IMG/VR virus record: IMGVR_UViG_3300037882_001471
Span: 1 to 52,713 of that record
Origin: a virus
Lineage: Duplodnaviria; Caudoviricetes
Length of the DNA stretch: 52,713 nt
Reading direction: 5' to 3' (one strand)
Under the pieces are notes generated by a model. The model was given only the letters and a program-made list of their open reading frames with translations. It did no database searches and had not been told where the DNA came from. Positions 44,420-52,713 of this stretch are shown piece by piece (position 1 is the first letter of the stretch; each line of letters opens with the position of its first letter). A program made the translations under genes and the position numbers.

Positions 44420-45714
44420 GTCAAAATCCAATGGATTTCAGTGGCGATCCGACAGGCGATGAACTGTTGGATGATTTGCTCACGCCGCAGCAGGAAAACT
44501 TTCTCACCAGTCACAGCGGTACATCACGTCCTGCATATGCGCAGGAAGGCACGGAATGGCTCGATAAAACCAGCACGCCGTGGATTCTTAAACGCTTTGA
44601 CGGCAGCGATGACATCATTGTTGGTTATATCAACGCCACTACCAACACCTACACGCCGGCAGGTCTGATTCTCGATAAAGTCAACGCAACTGCTGCGCCG
44701 ACGATCAATGATGACGATGCTGACGGGTACACAGTTGGCTCGAAATGGGTAGATGTAACGAACGATCGCGCTTATATTGCTGTTGACGTAAGCACGGGCG
44801 CTGCGGTGTGGAAGGAAATCAGTGGTAGTCTCACCGGGCCTGGTTCTTCAGTTGATGACGAAATGGCGTTGTTCTCAGGAACATCAGGCCGCGTAATTAA
44901 GCGCGCATCCGGTACAGGATATGTCAAGGTGATCAGCGGTGTGATGCAAACACCGGTCGCTACAATTCCTCTTACCGATTTCGCCAATCAAGCAGCGAAT
45001 AGCGTGCTTGCCAATGCTACCGGTTCGAGCGCGCCGCCAACGGCTGTTGCTTTGTCGGCAAGTAAACTTCTCGGTCGCGGATCGACTGGTAACGTGGCTG
45101 AAATCTCCCTTGGTGCGAATCTCAGCATGAGCGGAACGAGTTTGAGCGCTGCCTTTACTTCCAACATGGCAAGTATGCAGGTTTTCACCGGCAGCGGCAC
45201 ATGGAATAGACCGGCTGATGTGAAAGGAGTTATCGTTATCGTCACAGGCGGTGGCGGTGGCGGCGCATCGAATTCCAGTGGAGGTAATGGCGGCACTGGC
45301 GGCACATCGAGCTTTGGCGCGCATTGCTCGGCAACTGGCGGCACTGGCCCTTCGACGGGTACTCCGGGTACGGGCGGCGCTGGTTCAAGCGGCAACATCA
45401 ATATCAACGGCGGCGGCGGCTTTGCAGAGCAGGCTTCTTCGGCTATTCCGGGTTACGGTGGCGGAACATTTTGGGGGCCAGGTGCGAGCACTGAAAACGG
45501 AAACGGCTCTGCAATTGGCTCTGGTGCTGCGGGCGATCTGCTGGGCAGTTCAAGCGCAGATTCGCATCCCGGCGGTGGTGGCGGGGGTACGTCGATCAAA
45601 TTCGTTGATGTATCGGCCATATCAAGTGTTGCAGTGACAGTCGGTGCTGGCGGCACTGCGGCTGGTTCCGGCACGGGTGCGGCTGGTATCGTTTGGGTAA
45701 TCGAGTTCAAATAA
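44416..45714 (+). CDS. glycine-rich tail fibre
   Basis: APT.NDD..DGY.VGS.W module; C-terminal QVFTGSGTW.RP...GGGGGG...GIVWVIEF. Confidence 0.8.
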   Translation: MSQNPMDFSGDPTGDELLDDLLTPQQENFLTSHSGTSRPAYAQEGTEWLDKTSTPWILKRFDGSDDIIVGYINATTNTYTPAGLILDKVNATAAPTINDDDADGYTVGSKWVDVTNDRAYIAVDVSTGAAVWKEISGSLTGPGSSVDDEMALFSGTSGRVIKRASGTGYVKVISGVMQTPVATIPLTDFANQAANSVLANATGSSAPPTAVALSASKLLGRGSTGNVAEISLGANLSMSGTSLSAAFTSNMASMQVFTGSGTWNRPADVKGVIVIVTGGGGGGASNSSGGNGGTGGTSSFGAHCSATGGTGPSTGTPGTGGAGSSGNININGGGGFAEQASSAIPGYGGGTFWGPGASTENGNGSAIGSGAAGDLLGSSSADSHPGGGGGGTSIKFVDVSAISSVAVTVGAGGTAAGSGTGAAGIVWVIEFK

Positions 45715-45724
45715 GGAGTATTTT

Positions 45725-45901
45725 ATGCACTTAGCAATTGTGAATAATTCGAACGGTCTTGTTGAGAATGTCATCGTTCCCCCGCAGGGCGCGCAGGCAT
45801 GGATTGTGCCGAACGGTTACAGCGCCATCGAAACAGATGTTGGCGCAATCGGTGACACATGGGACGGCAACGAATTCATCAAGCCTGAACAGCCGGAATA
45901 A
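45725..45901 (+). CDS. tail fibre assembly protein (58 aa, not in ORF track)
   Basis: MHLAIV...VENVIV...IGDTWDGNEFIKP; AAGGAG RBS. Confidence 0.7.
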   Translation: MHLAIVNNSNGLVENVIVPPQGAQAWIVPNGYSAIETDVGAIGDTWDGNEFIKPEQPE

Positions 45902-45929
45902 AAAATGCCGGGGCAAAAACCCCGGCATT
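45900..45929 (-). terminator. intrinsic terminator between convergent genes
   Basis: aatgccgggg-caaaaa-ccccggcatt; U-tract on minus strand. Confidence 0.75.
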
Positions 45930-45954
45930 CCTTGCTCCACCTTTACCGGCAATA

Positions 45955-46095
45955 TTACTTGCTGGTGTCTTCATCCGGTACGCAAGTTGCGCACAGATAC
46001 TTGTCGCTGAAATGATCGACAGCAGGAACATTCTGTTCCATTGAAACGCCAGTGGCGATGCCCATAGCGAGAACGGCGATTACGGCGAGAAACAT
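45955..46095 (-). CDS. small membrane protein (moron-like)
   Basis: AAAGGAG RBS; MFLAVIAVLAMGIATGV TM segment, CxxC; opposite strand to late operon. Confidence 0.55.
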   Translation of the reverse strand: MFLAVIAVLAMGIATGVSMEQNVPAVDHFSDKYLCATCVPDEDTSK

Positions 46096-46181
46096 AAGCT
46101 CTCCTTTAATTAAGAGTTTGCTAAGTATATAAATTAGCAATCATATCTTACACTCATTTTCATAAGTTTCCAGTAGATTTT

Positions 46182-46197
46182 CTACCATATCTTGTGC
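46182..46197. promoter_or_regulatory. NrdR-like box upstream of lysis genes
   Basis: ctaCcAtATcTtGtgc; 13 nt identical (reverse complement) to the portal box. Confidence 0.55.
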
Positions 46198-46239
46198 TAG
46201 ATTTATAGCGTATTAACCATTGGTGGTGGTGAATCCCAT

Positions 46240-46467
46240 ATGGAAAAGATAACCGATGCTGCCACAAATGGTGTAAACTCACTATGGGACATAGCGCCTG
46301 TAGTTACCGTGCTGGTGCTTGTCATTCTCATGCTCGTATATTTTCTCAGAGCAATGCTGATCGACGCGAAGGAAGAACGCAATCTATACAGGAGCACGCT
46401 CGAAGCAAACACGAAAGCTCTGACCAGCTTACAGGAGGTGATCCGCTATGCAATCTCACTTAAATAG
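46240..46467 (+). CDS. putative holin/antiholin (1 TM + coiled coil)
   Basis: VVTVLVLVILMLVYFL TM; upstream of endolysin. Confidence 0.55.
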   Translation: MEKITDAATNGVNSLWDIAPVVTVLVLVILMLVYFLRAMLIDAKEERNLYRSTLEANTKALTSLQEVIRYAISLK

Positions 46468-46645
46468 ACGCTGGTTTCACAAGGTGGTCGATTATTTTTC
46501 ACCGAATAATTGCCGTGCGAAATTAGAGCGTGCGATATGTGAGAATAAAGAAGCGAGCGCGAGCCTTTTTTGCTTAATCAGAAATCATGAGAATGATGTA
46601 ATCGCCGCGTTGAAAAACGATCGGCGCGCAAAGGTGCATAGATGA
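46448..46645 (+). CDS. hypothetical protein in lysis cassette
   Basis: Overlaps both neighbours. Confidence 0.5.
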   Translation: MQSHLNRRWFHKVVDYFSPNNCRAKLERAICENKEASASLFCLIRNHENDVIAALKNDRRAKVHR

Positions 46646-47151
46646 GCCGTCCCTTCTGGCTGAACACTGCTATCAATTATCTCGGCACAGAAGAAATACC
46701 GGGCAGGGAAAACAACCCCATCATTCTCGACTGGTGGAAGAAGATCAAGCAGGGCGGCATCAAGGATGATGAAACTGCCTGGTGTGCTGCATTCGTCGGC
46801 GGCGTGCTCGAAGAACGCGGTATAACGTCCTCTCGCAGCGCCGGGGCGCGCTCTTACCAGAATTGGGGTGTCAAGATCGCTGGCCCCGCTGTCGGCGCTG
46901 TCGTTACGTTCTGGCGCGACGATCCGAAGGGCTGGAAGGGTCATGTTGGCTTTGTGGTCGGCAAGGATCAGTTGGGCAACCTGATGGTGCTTGGCGGGAA
47001 TCAGCAGGACGGCGTAAATATCAAACCGTTTGCCACTGCAAGGGTTTTAGCATACTGTTGGCCTAAGTCGATGGAACTACCGAAAGAATTGGGCATAAAA
47101 CTTTTGCCACTCGTGCGGTCGGACGGTCGGCTTTCAACGAACGAGGCTTAG
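46642..47151 (+). CDS. endolysin, TIGR02594 / CHAP-NlpC family
   Basis: DDETAWCAAFV, ARSY..WG, GHVGFVVG, VLGGNQ. Confidence 0.85.
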   Translation: MSRPFWLNTAINYLGTEEIPGRENNPIILDWWKKIKQGGIKDDETAWCAAFVGGVLEERGITSSRSAGARSYQNWGVKIAGPAVGAVVTFWRDDPKGWKGHVGFVVGKDQLGNLMVLGGNQQDGVNIKPFATARVLAYCWPKSMELPKELGIKLLPLVRSDGRLSTNEA

Positions 47152-47153
47152 AA

Positions 47154-47507
47154 ATGATGTGCAGGGACTTGATGAGAAATGCCGCTCCGATAATGTTCGG
47201 TATGATCGTTGTCCTCGGTTTTTTTCATGTCTTGGAAGTTTTCCTTACGCACGAAATTCCACCAGCAAATAAAGATTTCATCGTATCTTTTTGCAAGACT
47301 CTTGAAAATATACTGATCATGGTGGTCAGTTTTTGGTTCGGCACGAATGCCGGCAGCAAAGCGAAAGATGAAACAATTAGTGATATTGCCAAAGCAGCGC
47401 CAACCGGCACGGGCAGCGGCACTACTACAATTCAGAACGCCGAAAGCGTGACGAATGCCACCAAGGAAGGTGATATTAACGTAACCCAAAAGGAGCCTAA
47501 CCCATGA
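47154..47507 (+). CDS. two-TM membrane protein, putative holin
   Basis: Two TM segments, VVSFWFGTNAGSK.KD motif. Confidence 0.6.
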   Translation: MMCRDLMRNAAPIMFGMIVVLGFFHVLEVFLTHEIPPANKDFIVSFCKTLENILIMVVSFWFGTNAGSKAKDETISDIAKAAPTGTGSGTTTIQNAESVTNATKEGDINVTQKEPNP

Positions 47508-47923
47508 AGAATATTTTCTTAGTTGCCTGCGCCGCTACTGCCCTGATGCTTTCCGCCTGCGGCACGGCTGAAAACAAAGCAACCATCGTTACCGCCGATG
47601 GTAAGGTGGTCGAAAGCATCAACACCAAAGCGCAGCAGACCATCTTTCAAGCGCAGGGCTATTACAATGCTGCCGTGGTAGCAGAAACCGCCTACGGCAA
47701 GCTGCCGCGTTGCCCGCAGGCTAAACCTATCTGCTCTGATGTTGCTGTAATGAAGAAGGTTCGCCTGATCGATGAGGCGGCATGGATTGCCATCAAAGAA
47801 GCGCAGAAAGCCGCCCGCACGCCTGGATTCGGTGATGAAAAACTGACAACCTACCTCACCAGCGCGCAGTCTTTGGTGAAAGCCTTCAGGGACATCACCG
47901 CCACGCTGCCGGCAAAGAAGTAA
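47504..47923 (+). CDS. lipoprotein, putative spanin component
   Basis: LSAC lipobox; in lysis cassette. Confidence 0.65.
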   Translation: MKNIFLVACAATALMLSACGTAENKATIVTADGKVVESINTKAQQTIFQAQGYYNAAVVAETAYGKLPRCPQAKPICSDVAVMKKVRLIDEAAWIAIKEAQKAARTPGFGDEKLTTYLTSAQSLVKAFRDITATLPAKK

Positions 47924-47956
47924 TCAGTTTTAAACCATCATCAGGAGTAAAAAATC

Positions 47957-48172
47957 ATGAGTGCCATTTTATTCGCGTTGAATGCCTTCAACATGGTCAA
48001 AGCCGCTGTCGGTGCTGGCATGGCTGTAAAGGAAGTTTACGACATGATCGACAGAACCAATACGCAACTTCAGACCTTCGAGGACGAGCAGCGTGCGCCT
48101 ACCGATGCTGAATGGGAAGCGCTCAACGCTGAATCTGAACGGGTTCGCGCTCTGCGCCCCAGCGTCGATTAA
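47957..48172 (+). CDS. hypothetical lysis-cassette protein
   Basis: AGGAG RBS; R.PT.AEW..L motif. Confidence 0.6.
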   Translation: MSAILFALNAFNMVKAAVGAGMAVKEVYDMIDRTNTQLQTFEDEQRAPTDAEWEALNAESERVRALRPSVD

Positions 48173-48459
48173 TTCCTGACCTTACCACCAAAGCCCGTTT
48201 TGCGGATTCCAGGCCGTCTTCCCGGCTTGCTCTGCGGAACGGGCTTTTCAGGTGCTTCTTCCACCACCGGAGCGATGCTGGTAAGCTGGCTCTCGTTGAT
48301 CCAGTCTTCGTTGATATTCTTGCCGGGGATCGCGGTATCGCTGCGAACATAATAGCGCGGCTCTCTACCATTGAAGAATTCGGTGCGGCCTAAAATAATT
48401 ACAGGATGGCCGTTTTTAGCGATCCACACCTGCTGATTGCCTTCGTACTGAAATCGCAT
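48169..48459 (-). CDS. hypothetical protein
   Basis: AGGAG RBS before ATG 48459 (MRFQYEG). Confidence 0.65.
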   Translation of the reverse strand: MRFQYEGNQQVWIAKNGHPVIILGRTEFFNGREPRYYVRSDTAIPGKNINEDWINESQLTSIAPVVEEAPEKPVPQSKPGRRPGIRKTGFGGKVRN

Positions 48460-48469
48460 GGTTAATCTC

Positions 48470-50482
48470 CTAGATGACGAGTTTTGCAGCTTCCTGAATA
48501 TACCAAGCATAGTTGATATTGTCAAAACGGAAGTCTTTGACATGATTACAGATCGTGACCAGATACCCGGCTTGGATCGCGCTCTCCCGTGATTCGTACT
48601 TGCTCTTGTTTTTCGTGCATACCCGCTCATCCCACGCGCCGCCGGTTTCCTTCATGACGCGATCGTATTCCATGTCGCTGACACCGTTCGCCTTCTTAAA
48701 TGCCCCGATTTGCCCCAGCGCGGGCGCGTGGCGCGTCATTGGATGCCCGTTGGTGCTGACATAGTACCGAGTGCCGCGCCGCTGCTGTGGTACGCCATTG
48801 TGAAGTAGGGTATCGCCTGCGCGCACTTTGATCCCCAGCATGAAGTCGTAGGGGTTCGTACACATGCGGATAAACTGCTCGATGTCGCAGCCGTGGATCA
48901 TATGCGCCACTGCCGCGCGCACGCTGATCGGGTTCGACAAGTCTTTATGCCATGCCGGAGGTTGAGAATTACTGATCGAACCAGCATAATCGAGCGGATC
49001 AGGTGTCCAGTATGCGCCTTTGAGCTTCAGCCCGTCCTTACCCTCTGCGATGTACGAATTCACGTCCCGCAGCCACATGCGGCTGTAATTCACATCTTCC
49101 AGCGTGAGCTTGGTCAGCGCTTCCCATTCTTTGCACAGCGCCGCTGCGAGCGGTTCGTAAACGTGGTTGATATAATAGGTGATGCCGTCCGTATTTATCT
49201 GCAAAATTTGCAGTGTCGGCACGGTCATCAGGCGTTCTGCCAACATGCAAAGTAATAGCTGCCCGTTGACGGTGATCGTCATGGTGAATTGCGGATCATA
49301 GAATGGGCTGTAGGCGCTATTGCTCTTGCCGTACACACCGTTCGCGGCCAGCTTGAGCGCATTGGCCTCTGCACATTTCTTCCCCTTTTCCTGCTGCCAT
49401 TTTTTGCGTTCTTTAGGCAGTTCGGAATAAACCTGCACGAATGCGCTGCCGAGGTGCGCCGGGGCTAGGTTGTTTTTGATAGCGATCGACGGGTAAAGGC
49501 TTGCCACGTCGATGTCGCGGATCAGCCATTCGCCGGTTGCTTCCACGCGGCGGCGCTCTAAGCTCCCGTGAATGCCGCCAACACCGAAATAGAAATCGAT
49601 GCCGCCCACATGCGCTTTTAAATCCTGAAATACGCCTTTGGTTTTGATGTAATTATCGTCAGCGAATTCATCGATCTTCAGGACTTGCGCTTTGAGATAA
49701 TTCAGGACGTGCTGAAATTCAGGGCGCTGGAACTGGACGTATGGAAAAATAATGTCATTCAGCGCAATCTGCGTGCGCGGTGTCTGACGCATTGTTTTGC
49801 GCCCGCTGCTGTAGTCGTAGCATATTTCATCACCGATGCGCTTGATAACGGTCATTTCACCGATCTTGGTGTCATTCCAGTTCATCACTTCCACGCCGAA
49901 CTGCGGGATCAGCGAAGCGCGGAAATTGATCGCGTCCATGCTGTGCAGCGCAAAGCGTTTCGTTTCTTTCACGTCATGCAAATTGTAAGGAACGATCAGC
50001 GTATCGATTTGCTCTTTGGTGAGCATCGTGCCGTGCTCGATAGGCATATCTTCAACTGAATCGGTTCGCATGTTCATCTGAAGATATTTCAGGCTGGTGG
50101 ATTTTGCCTTGTTATCGAAGTGGAAAATCTTGAACAGATCGATCTGCGGTATGAAGCGTTTATCAGCCCAAATGATCTGACCGAAGCGCCCGTGACTGTT
50201 GAAAATCTCCTGCGATTTTGCATATAGCTGTTCGACCGTGGCGTGCGGATATTCCAATAGGAAATGCAGCACGATATAATCGAAGCCGAGATTGTTGAAA
50301 CCGATCATCGGAATCTGATAGCGCGACAGGTGTTGCAGGAATTCAAATAACTGCGCGCGATCGTCGCGGAAGTGCGAGATTTCCCACACTGCACGCCAAT
50401 CGCCGTTTAGCGCTTCCGCTGCTAAGGTAAAGCAGTTTGGGAATGTTTCTTCGTCATAGCAAACTGCATCGGTAAGGTTCAT
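48470..50482 (-). CDS. DNA polymerase, family B, with 3'-5' exonuclease
   Basis: YDEETF (ExoI), GFNNLGFD, DIDVASLYPS, LKLAANGVYGK, QINTDGI; start ATGA-coupled at 50482. Confidence 0.93.
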   Translation of the reverse strand: MNLTDAVCYDEETFPNCFTLAAEALNGDWRAVWEISHFRDDRAQLFEFLQHLSRYQIPMIGFNNLGFDYIVLHFLLEYPHATVEQLYAKSQEIFNSHGRFGQIIWADKRFIPQIDLFKIFHFDNKAKSTSLKYLQMNMRTDSVEDMPIEHGTMLTKEQIDTLIVPYNLHDVKETKRFALHSMDAINFRASLIPQFGVEVMNWNDTKIGEMTVIKRIGDEICYDYSSGRKTMRQTPRTQIALNDIIFPYVQFQRPEFQHVLNYLKAQVLKIDEFADDNYIKTKGVFQDLKAHVGGIDFYFGVGGIHGSLERRRVEATGEWLIRDIDVASLYPSIAIKNNLAPAHLGSAFVQVYSELPKERKKWQQEKGKKCAEANALKLAANGVYGKSNSAYSPFYDPQFTMTITVNGQLLLCMLAERLMTVPTLQILQINTDGITYYINHVYEPLAAALCKEWEALTKLTLEDVNYSRMWLRDVNSYIAEGKDGLKLKGAYWTPDPLDYAGSISNSQPPAWHKDLSNPISVRAAVAHMIHGCDIEQFIRMCTNPYDFMLGIKVRAGDTLLHNGVPQQRRGTRYYVSTNGHPMTRHAPALGQIGAFKKANGVSDMEYDRVMKETGGAWDERVCTKNKSKYESRESAIQAGYLVTICNHVKDFRFDNINYAWYIQEAAKLVI

Positions 50483-50715
50483 GGCGCGTCTATATCGAGC
50501 ATCACAGGTGGGTGAGAACTGCCACTGATGCACAGCCTTACATTAGCTCCAAATGCTAATCTGACGCGTTCACGCCAGGTAGGTTTCCAGTATGAAAAGA
50601 AAATGCCGTCACCTTTAACAACAGGCAGAGATTCGCATGGGCCAAAGCGTTTTTCATCCCAATCGCGCGGTTTACCGAGTTCTAAATTTGTCCACGGATG
50701 CTTGAATGGTTTCAT
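50479..50715 (-). CDS. hypothetical protein
   Basis: C.SLPV...SYWKP...ER...HPPV motif; ATGA coupled. Confidence 0.65.
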   Translation of the reverse strand: MKPFKHPWTNLELGKPRDWDEKRFGPCESLPVVKGDGIFFSYWKPTWRERVRLAFGANVRLCISGSSHPPVMLDIDAP

Positions 50716-50927
50716 ATTCCCATCTTCTTTCTCATCAGAGTTTTGAGCCGGTTTTTCTTCATGCCAAATCCACCAGCGGTATCGAAGAACTTACCGGTGA
50801 GGAATGCCATAGCAAGAATGATTACATCAGCAGGTAATTTTGATGAGTATTCACCTGCAATTTCTATAATTTTTGCTTGGAATTCCTGACTTGATTGTTC
50901 GATTTCTTCATTGCTAGGCTGTTGCAT
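50712..50927 (-). CDS. hypothetical protein
   Basis: Likely start MQQPSNEE overlapping MazG stop. Confidence 0.55.
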   Translation of the reverse strand: MQQPSNEEIEQSSQEFQAKIIEIAGEYSSKLPADVIILAMAFLTGKFFDTAGGFGMKKNRLKTLMRKKMGI

Positions 50928-51294
50928 CGTCAACCGCCTTCTGCACTTTATCCGCTCGCACCTGTGCCTGCTGATCACTGAATTTACCTTCAGCGTAGCG
51001 CTTATTGAGCTTATCGAGATTGGCCTGAATAGTTTCCTCGCGCGTAATGTTGAGCGCTTGGCGTAACTGCTCCATGTAGAACTCAATGTCGCCCATTTCT
51101 TCGACAACATTCTTGATGTCGAGTTCGCGGTTATAGATGACGTGCTTTTTGATCGCATCGATCAGTTCGCCAGCCTCACCGACGATGCCGGTTCCTGCGT
51201 GCCAGATGTCGATACGAGCGGCGGTCAGATCAGCGTGAATGTGACCGGGTTCCTTTTTCAACGCGGAAACCAATTCGGAATGATTAGTGAACAT
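50914..51294 (-). CDS. mazG: MazG-like nucleotide pyrophosphohydrolase
   Basis: GIVGEAGELIDAIKK, EEMGDIEFY, NLDKLNKRY. Confidence 0.88.
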   Translation of the reverse strand: MFTNHSELVSALKKEPGHIHADLTAARIDIWHAGTGIVGEAGELIDAIKKHVIYNRELDIKNVVEEMGDIEFYMEQLRQALNITREETIQANLDKLNKRYAEGKFSDQQAQVRADKVQKAVDDATA

Positions 51295-51518
51295 TTTGCA
51301 GCATCCTTTTGACAGTTATGTTGTTGAACACCCGGCGCAGCGCATACTGGCGAGCGATACTGATCAGCGTGAAGATGATGAGTATTTGAAGATTCTGCGA
51401 CAGCTTTATATCGATGCCGTAGAGTGGGGAAAACAAGTAGTTGCGCAACCAGCGAAATCAGGAAGCCAACAGCCGTGCTGATGCAGGATTCAGCAAATGA
51501 TCCACGTTTACTTTGCAC
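51284..51518 (-). pseudogene. two-TM membrane protein gene split by a +1 frameshift
   Basis: Removing one base at TTTTCCCC (51426-51433) gives a 77-aa protein ...LVFPLYGIDIKLSQNLQILIIFTLISIARQYALRRVFN. Confidence 0.7.
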
Positions 51519-52017
51519 GGGATAATCCTAATCTGTTGGTCAGCAGAGATGATAAATAATGGCGCAAATCATCGATGCTGCCATTGTTATCGAGAATGAA
51601 ATCAGCCATCCACGGTTCAACAGAACAAGATGATTTATCTTCATTAGGCTGGTGCATTGAGCGATCAATCCATATCGAATGATCGAAAACATTCGCATTT
51701 TTCGCTACGAAATATTCACGGTGATTTCTAATGCCTGCGTAAATATTATAATTGGCGAATATTGCACGGCTCAACCTGGACAGGTCTGTTGCGTTGAATT
51801 CTTTTATCAGATCGTGCCATTCCGCACGGTGGTTGTGTCTGTCATCAAAGCATTCCTGTATGCTTTTATATCCATATTTTTCTTTAAGTGCAGGCATGAC
51901 AACTTTAGCCGCGCAGAAGAAGCTGCTTGAACAGAATGTCAGCGCATAATCATCTCTGAGTATTTCGCATACGGTGTCTTTGCCGTGCCGTGCGTAACCC
52001 ATTATCATGAGCTTCAT
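51508..52017 (-). CDS. deoxynucleoside monophosphate kinase
   Basis: IMGYARHGKDT P-loop; G.R...E, ILDNNGS. Confidence 0.8.
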   Translation of the reverse strand: MKLMIMGYARHGKDTVCEILRDDYALTFCSSSFFCAAKVVMPALKEKYGYKSIQECFDDRHNHRAEWHDLIKEFNATDLSRLSRAIFANYNIYAGIRNHREYFVAKNANVFDHSIWIDRSMHQPNEDKSSCSVEPWMADFILDNNGSIDDLRHYLSSLLTNRLGLSRAK

Positions 52018-52421
52018 TACGGTTTTTCCTTGGGGTTGAGTTTCCGACGTTGTTCTTCAGTTATCTCGAAACCGTAAGTTTTTGCGAGTTCTTCTAGGCT
52101 TTCACGATCCCACGTTTTTTGCTTTTCAGCGCGCTTGTGATTTTCGAAATCGAGATGCGCCTTTTTTTCTTCCTTGGTGATTCTGCCGAGCGCAACCAGC
52201 CCGTCAAAAACTCTTTCCTCACTGAAGCCGAGATAATATCCACGGCTGTTCCATATGGCGCGCGCTGCGATGAATTGACCATTTGCGAGTTCGACCATGA
52301 TGATATTGTCACTGTAGCCCGTTCCCATCTTGACAACACGCAGCGCCTTCATCGGCTTGCTGCCTTTCGGCGCGACAAACTCAATACCGCGAATCTTTTC
52401 TATAATGCTGCCGATGATCAT
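52017..52421 (-). CDS. hypothetical protein
   Basis: GGGGAG RBS; TAATG coupling. Confidence 0.65.
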   Translation of the reverse strand: MIIGSIIEKIRGIEFVAPKGSKPMKALRVVKMGTGYSDNIIMVELANGQFIAARAIWNSRGYYLGFSEERVFDGLVALGRITKEEKKAHLDFENHKRAEKQKTWDRESLEELAKTYGFEITEEQRRKLNPKEKP

Positions 52422-52444
52422 ATCTGCTCCCCTGAATAAAATGC

Positions 52445-52615
52445 AGCAGAAGGAGTGGGGTTATGCGCCCGTGACCGTCATAACAGCGCCCCCTTCTGCT
52501 AAGTTTGCGCTGCGGTATTGCCGCGTTTTTGGACGCAGCAATTTCAGTAAGGAATGCAGTCCCATCCCCAAGGATCGATGCGGCAGCGCTCAGTCTTTTT
52601 ACACGCGCCGCATCG
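52445..52615 (-). ncRNA. candidate structured RNA (three hairpins)
   Basis: Stems 52576-84/52607-15, 52517-26/52533-42, 52445-53/52492-500 with inner 52460-65/52479-84. Confidence 0.45.
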
Positions 52616-52622
52616 CTGGCAA

Positions 52623-52686
52623 TTATCGCCCCCCAGGATTACCCGGATATGTTCCAGGTGCGGGCGGATAGCCGCCCGGAGCAGCC
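52623..52686 (-). CDS. C-terminal fragment of a Pro/Gly-rich protein (possibly SSB)
   Basis: AAPGGYPPAPGTYPGNPGGR-stop; truncated by contig end. Confidence 0.45.
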
Positions 52687-52713
52687 AGATCGGAAGAGCG
52701 TCGTGTAGGGAAA
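52687..52713. other. Illumina TruSeq adapter contamination
   Basis: AGATCGGAAGAGCGTCGTGTAGGGAAA is the TruSeq read-2 adapter read-through sequence. Confidence 0.97.

Noticed and set aside
40388-45714. Diversity-generating retroelement or shufflon acting on tail fibres
   Set aside because: No reverse transcriptase or invertase, and no template/variable repeat pair noticed
48460-48630. N-terminal extension of ORF 48169..48630, and similar upstream starts for PolB (50533) and 50712..51158
   Set aside because: They overlap other genes extensively; better RBS-linked or coupled starts exist at 48459, 50482 and 50927
52505-52708. ORFs 52505..52708 and 52330..52671 (+)
   Set aside because: One runs into adapter sequence; both oppose the operon direction and overlap structured non-coding DNA

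Overview
Nearly complete (both ends truncated) ~52.7 kb tailed dsDNA phage genome with siphovirus-type organisation, probably from a proteobacterial (likely alphaproteobacterial) host. No integrase, tRNA or CRISPR array is visible. Layout: replication/nucleotide genes (SF2 helicase, dCTP deaminase, VRR-NUC, exonuclease, C5-MTase, primase-helicase; 1-7.6 kb); a detached fibre/appendage operon (7.6-12.7 kb); leftward small early genes (12.7-22.2 kb); a gene-poor divergent region (22.2-23.1 kb); packaging, head and tail genes (24.3-45.9 kb); lysis (46.2-48.2 kb); and leftward PolB, MazG and dNMP kinase (48.5-52.4 kb). The last 27 nt are Illumina adapter. The most striking signals are non-coding. 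(1) The 3' UTR of the major capsid gene carries 14-18 nt perfect complements of the ribosome-binding sites of distant phage genes. (2) A 25-bp intergenic hairpin has a loop antisense to a start-codon motif shared by many early genes. (3) Twin YGGAUG-loop hairpins with alternative folds precede both the capsid and tail-tube genes. (4) NrdR-like boxes, two of them as 31-bp tandem pairs, sit at the packaging, portal, fibre and lysis promoters. (5) A TTTTAC-N5-GTAAAA operator recurs at fixed positions in several promoters. (6) A 15-bp repeat punctuates a row of small genes. Together these suggest an RNA-centred and nucleotide-sensing regulatory programme. The sequence matches were read directly; the functions are inferences.
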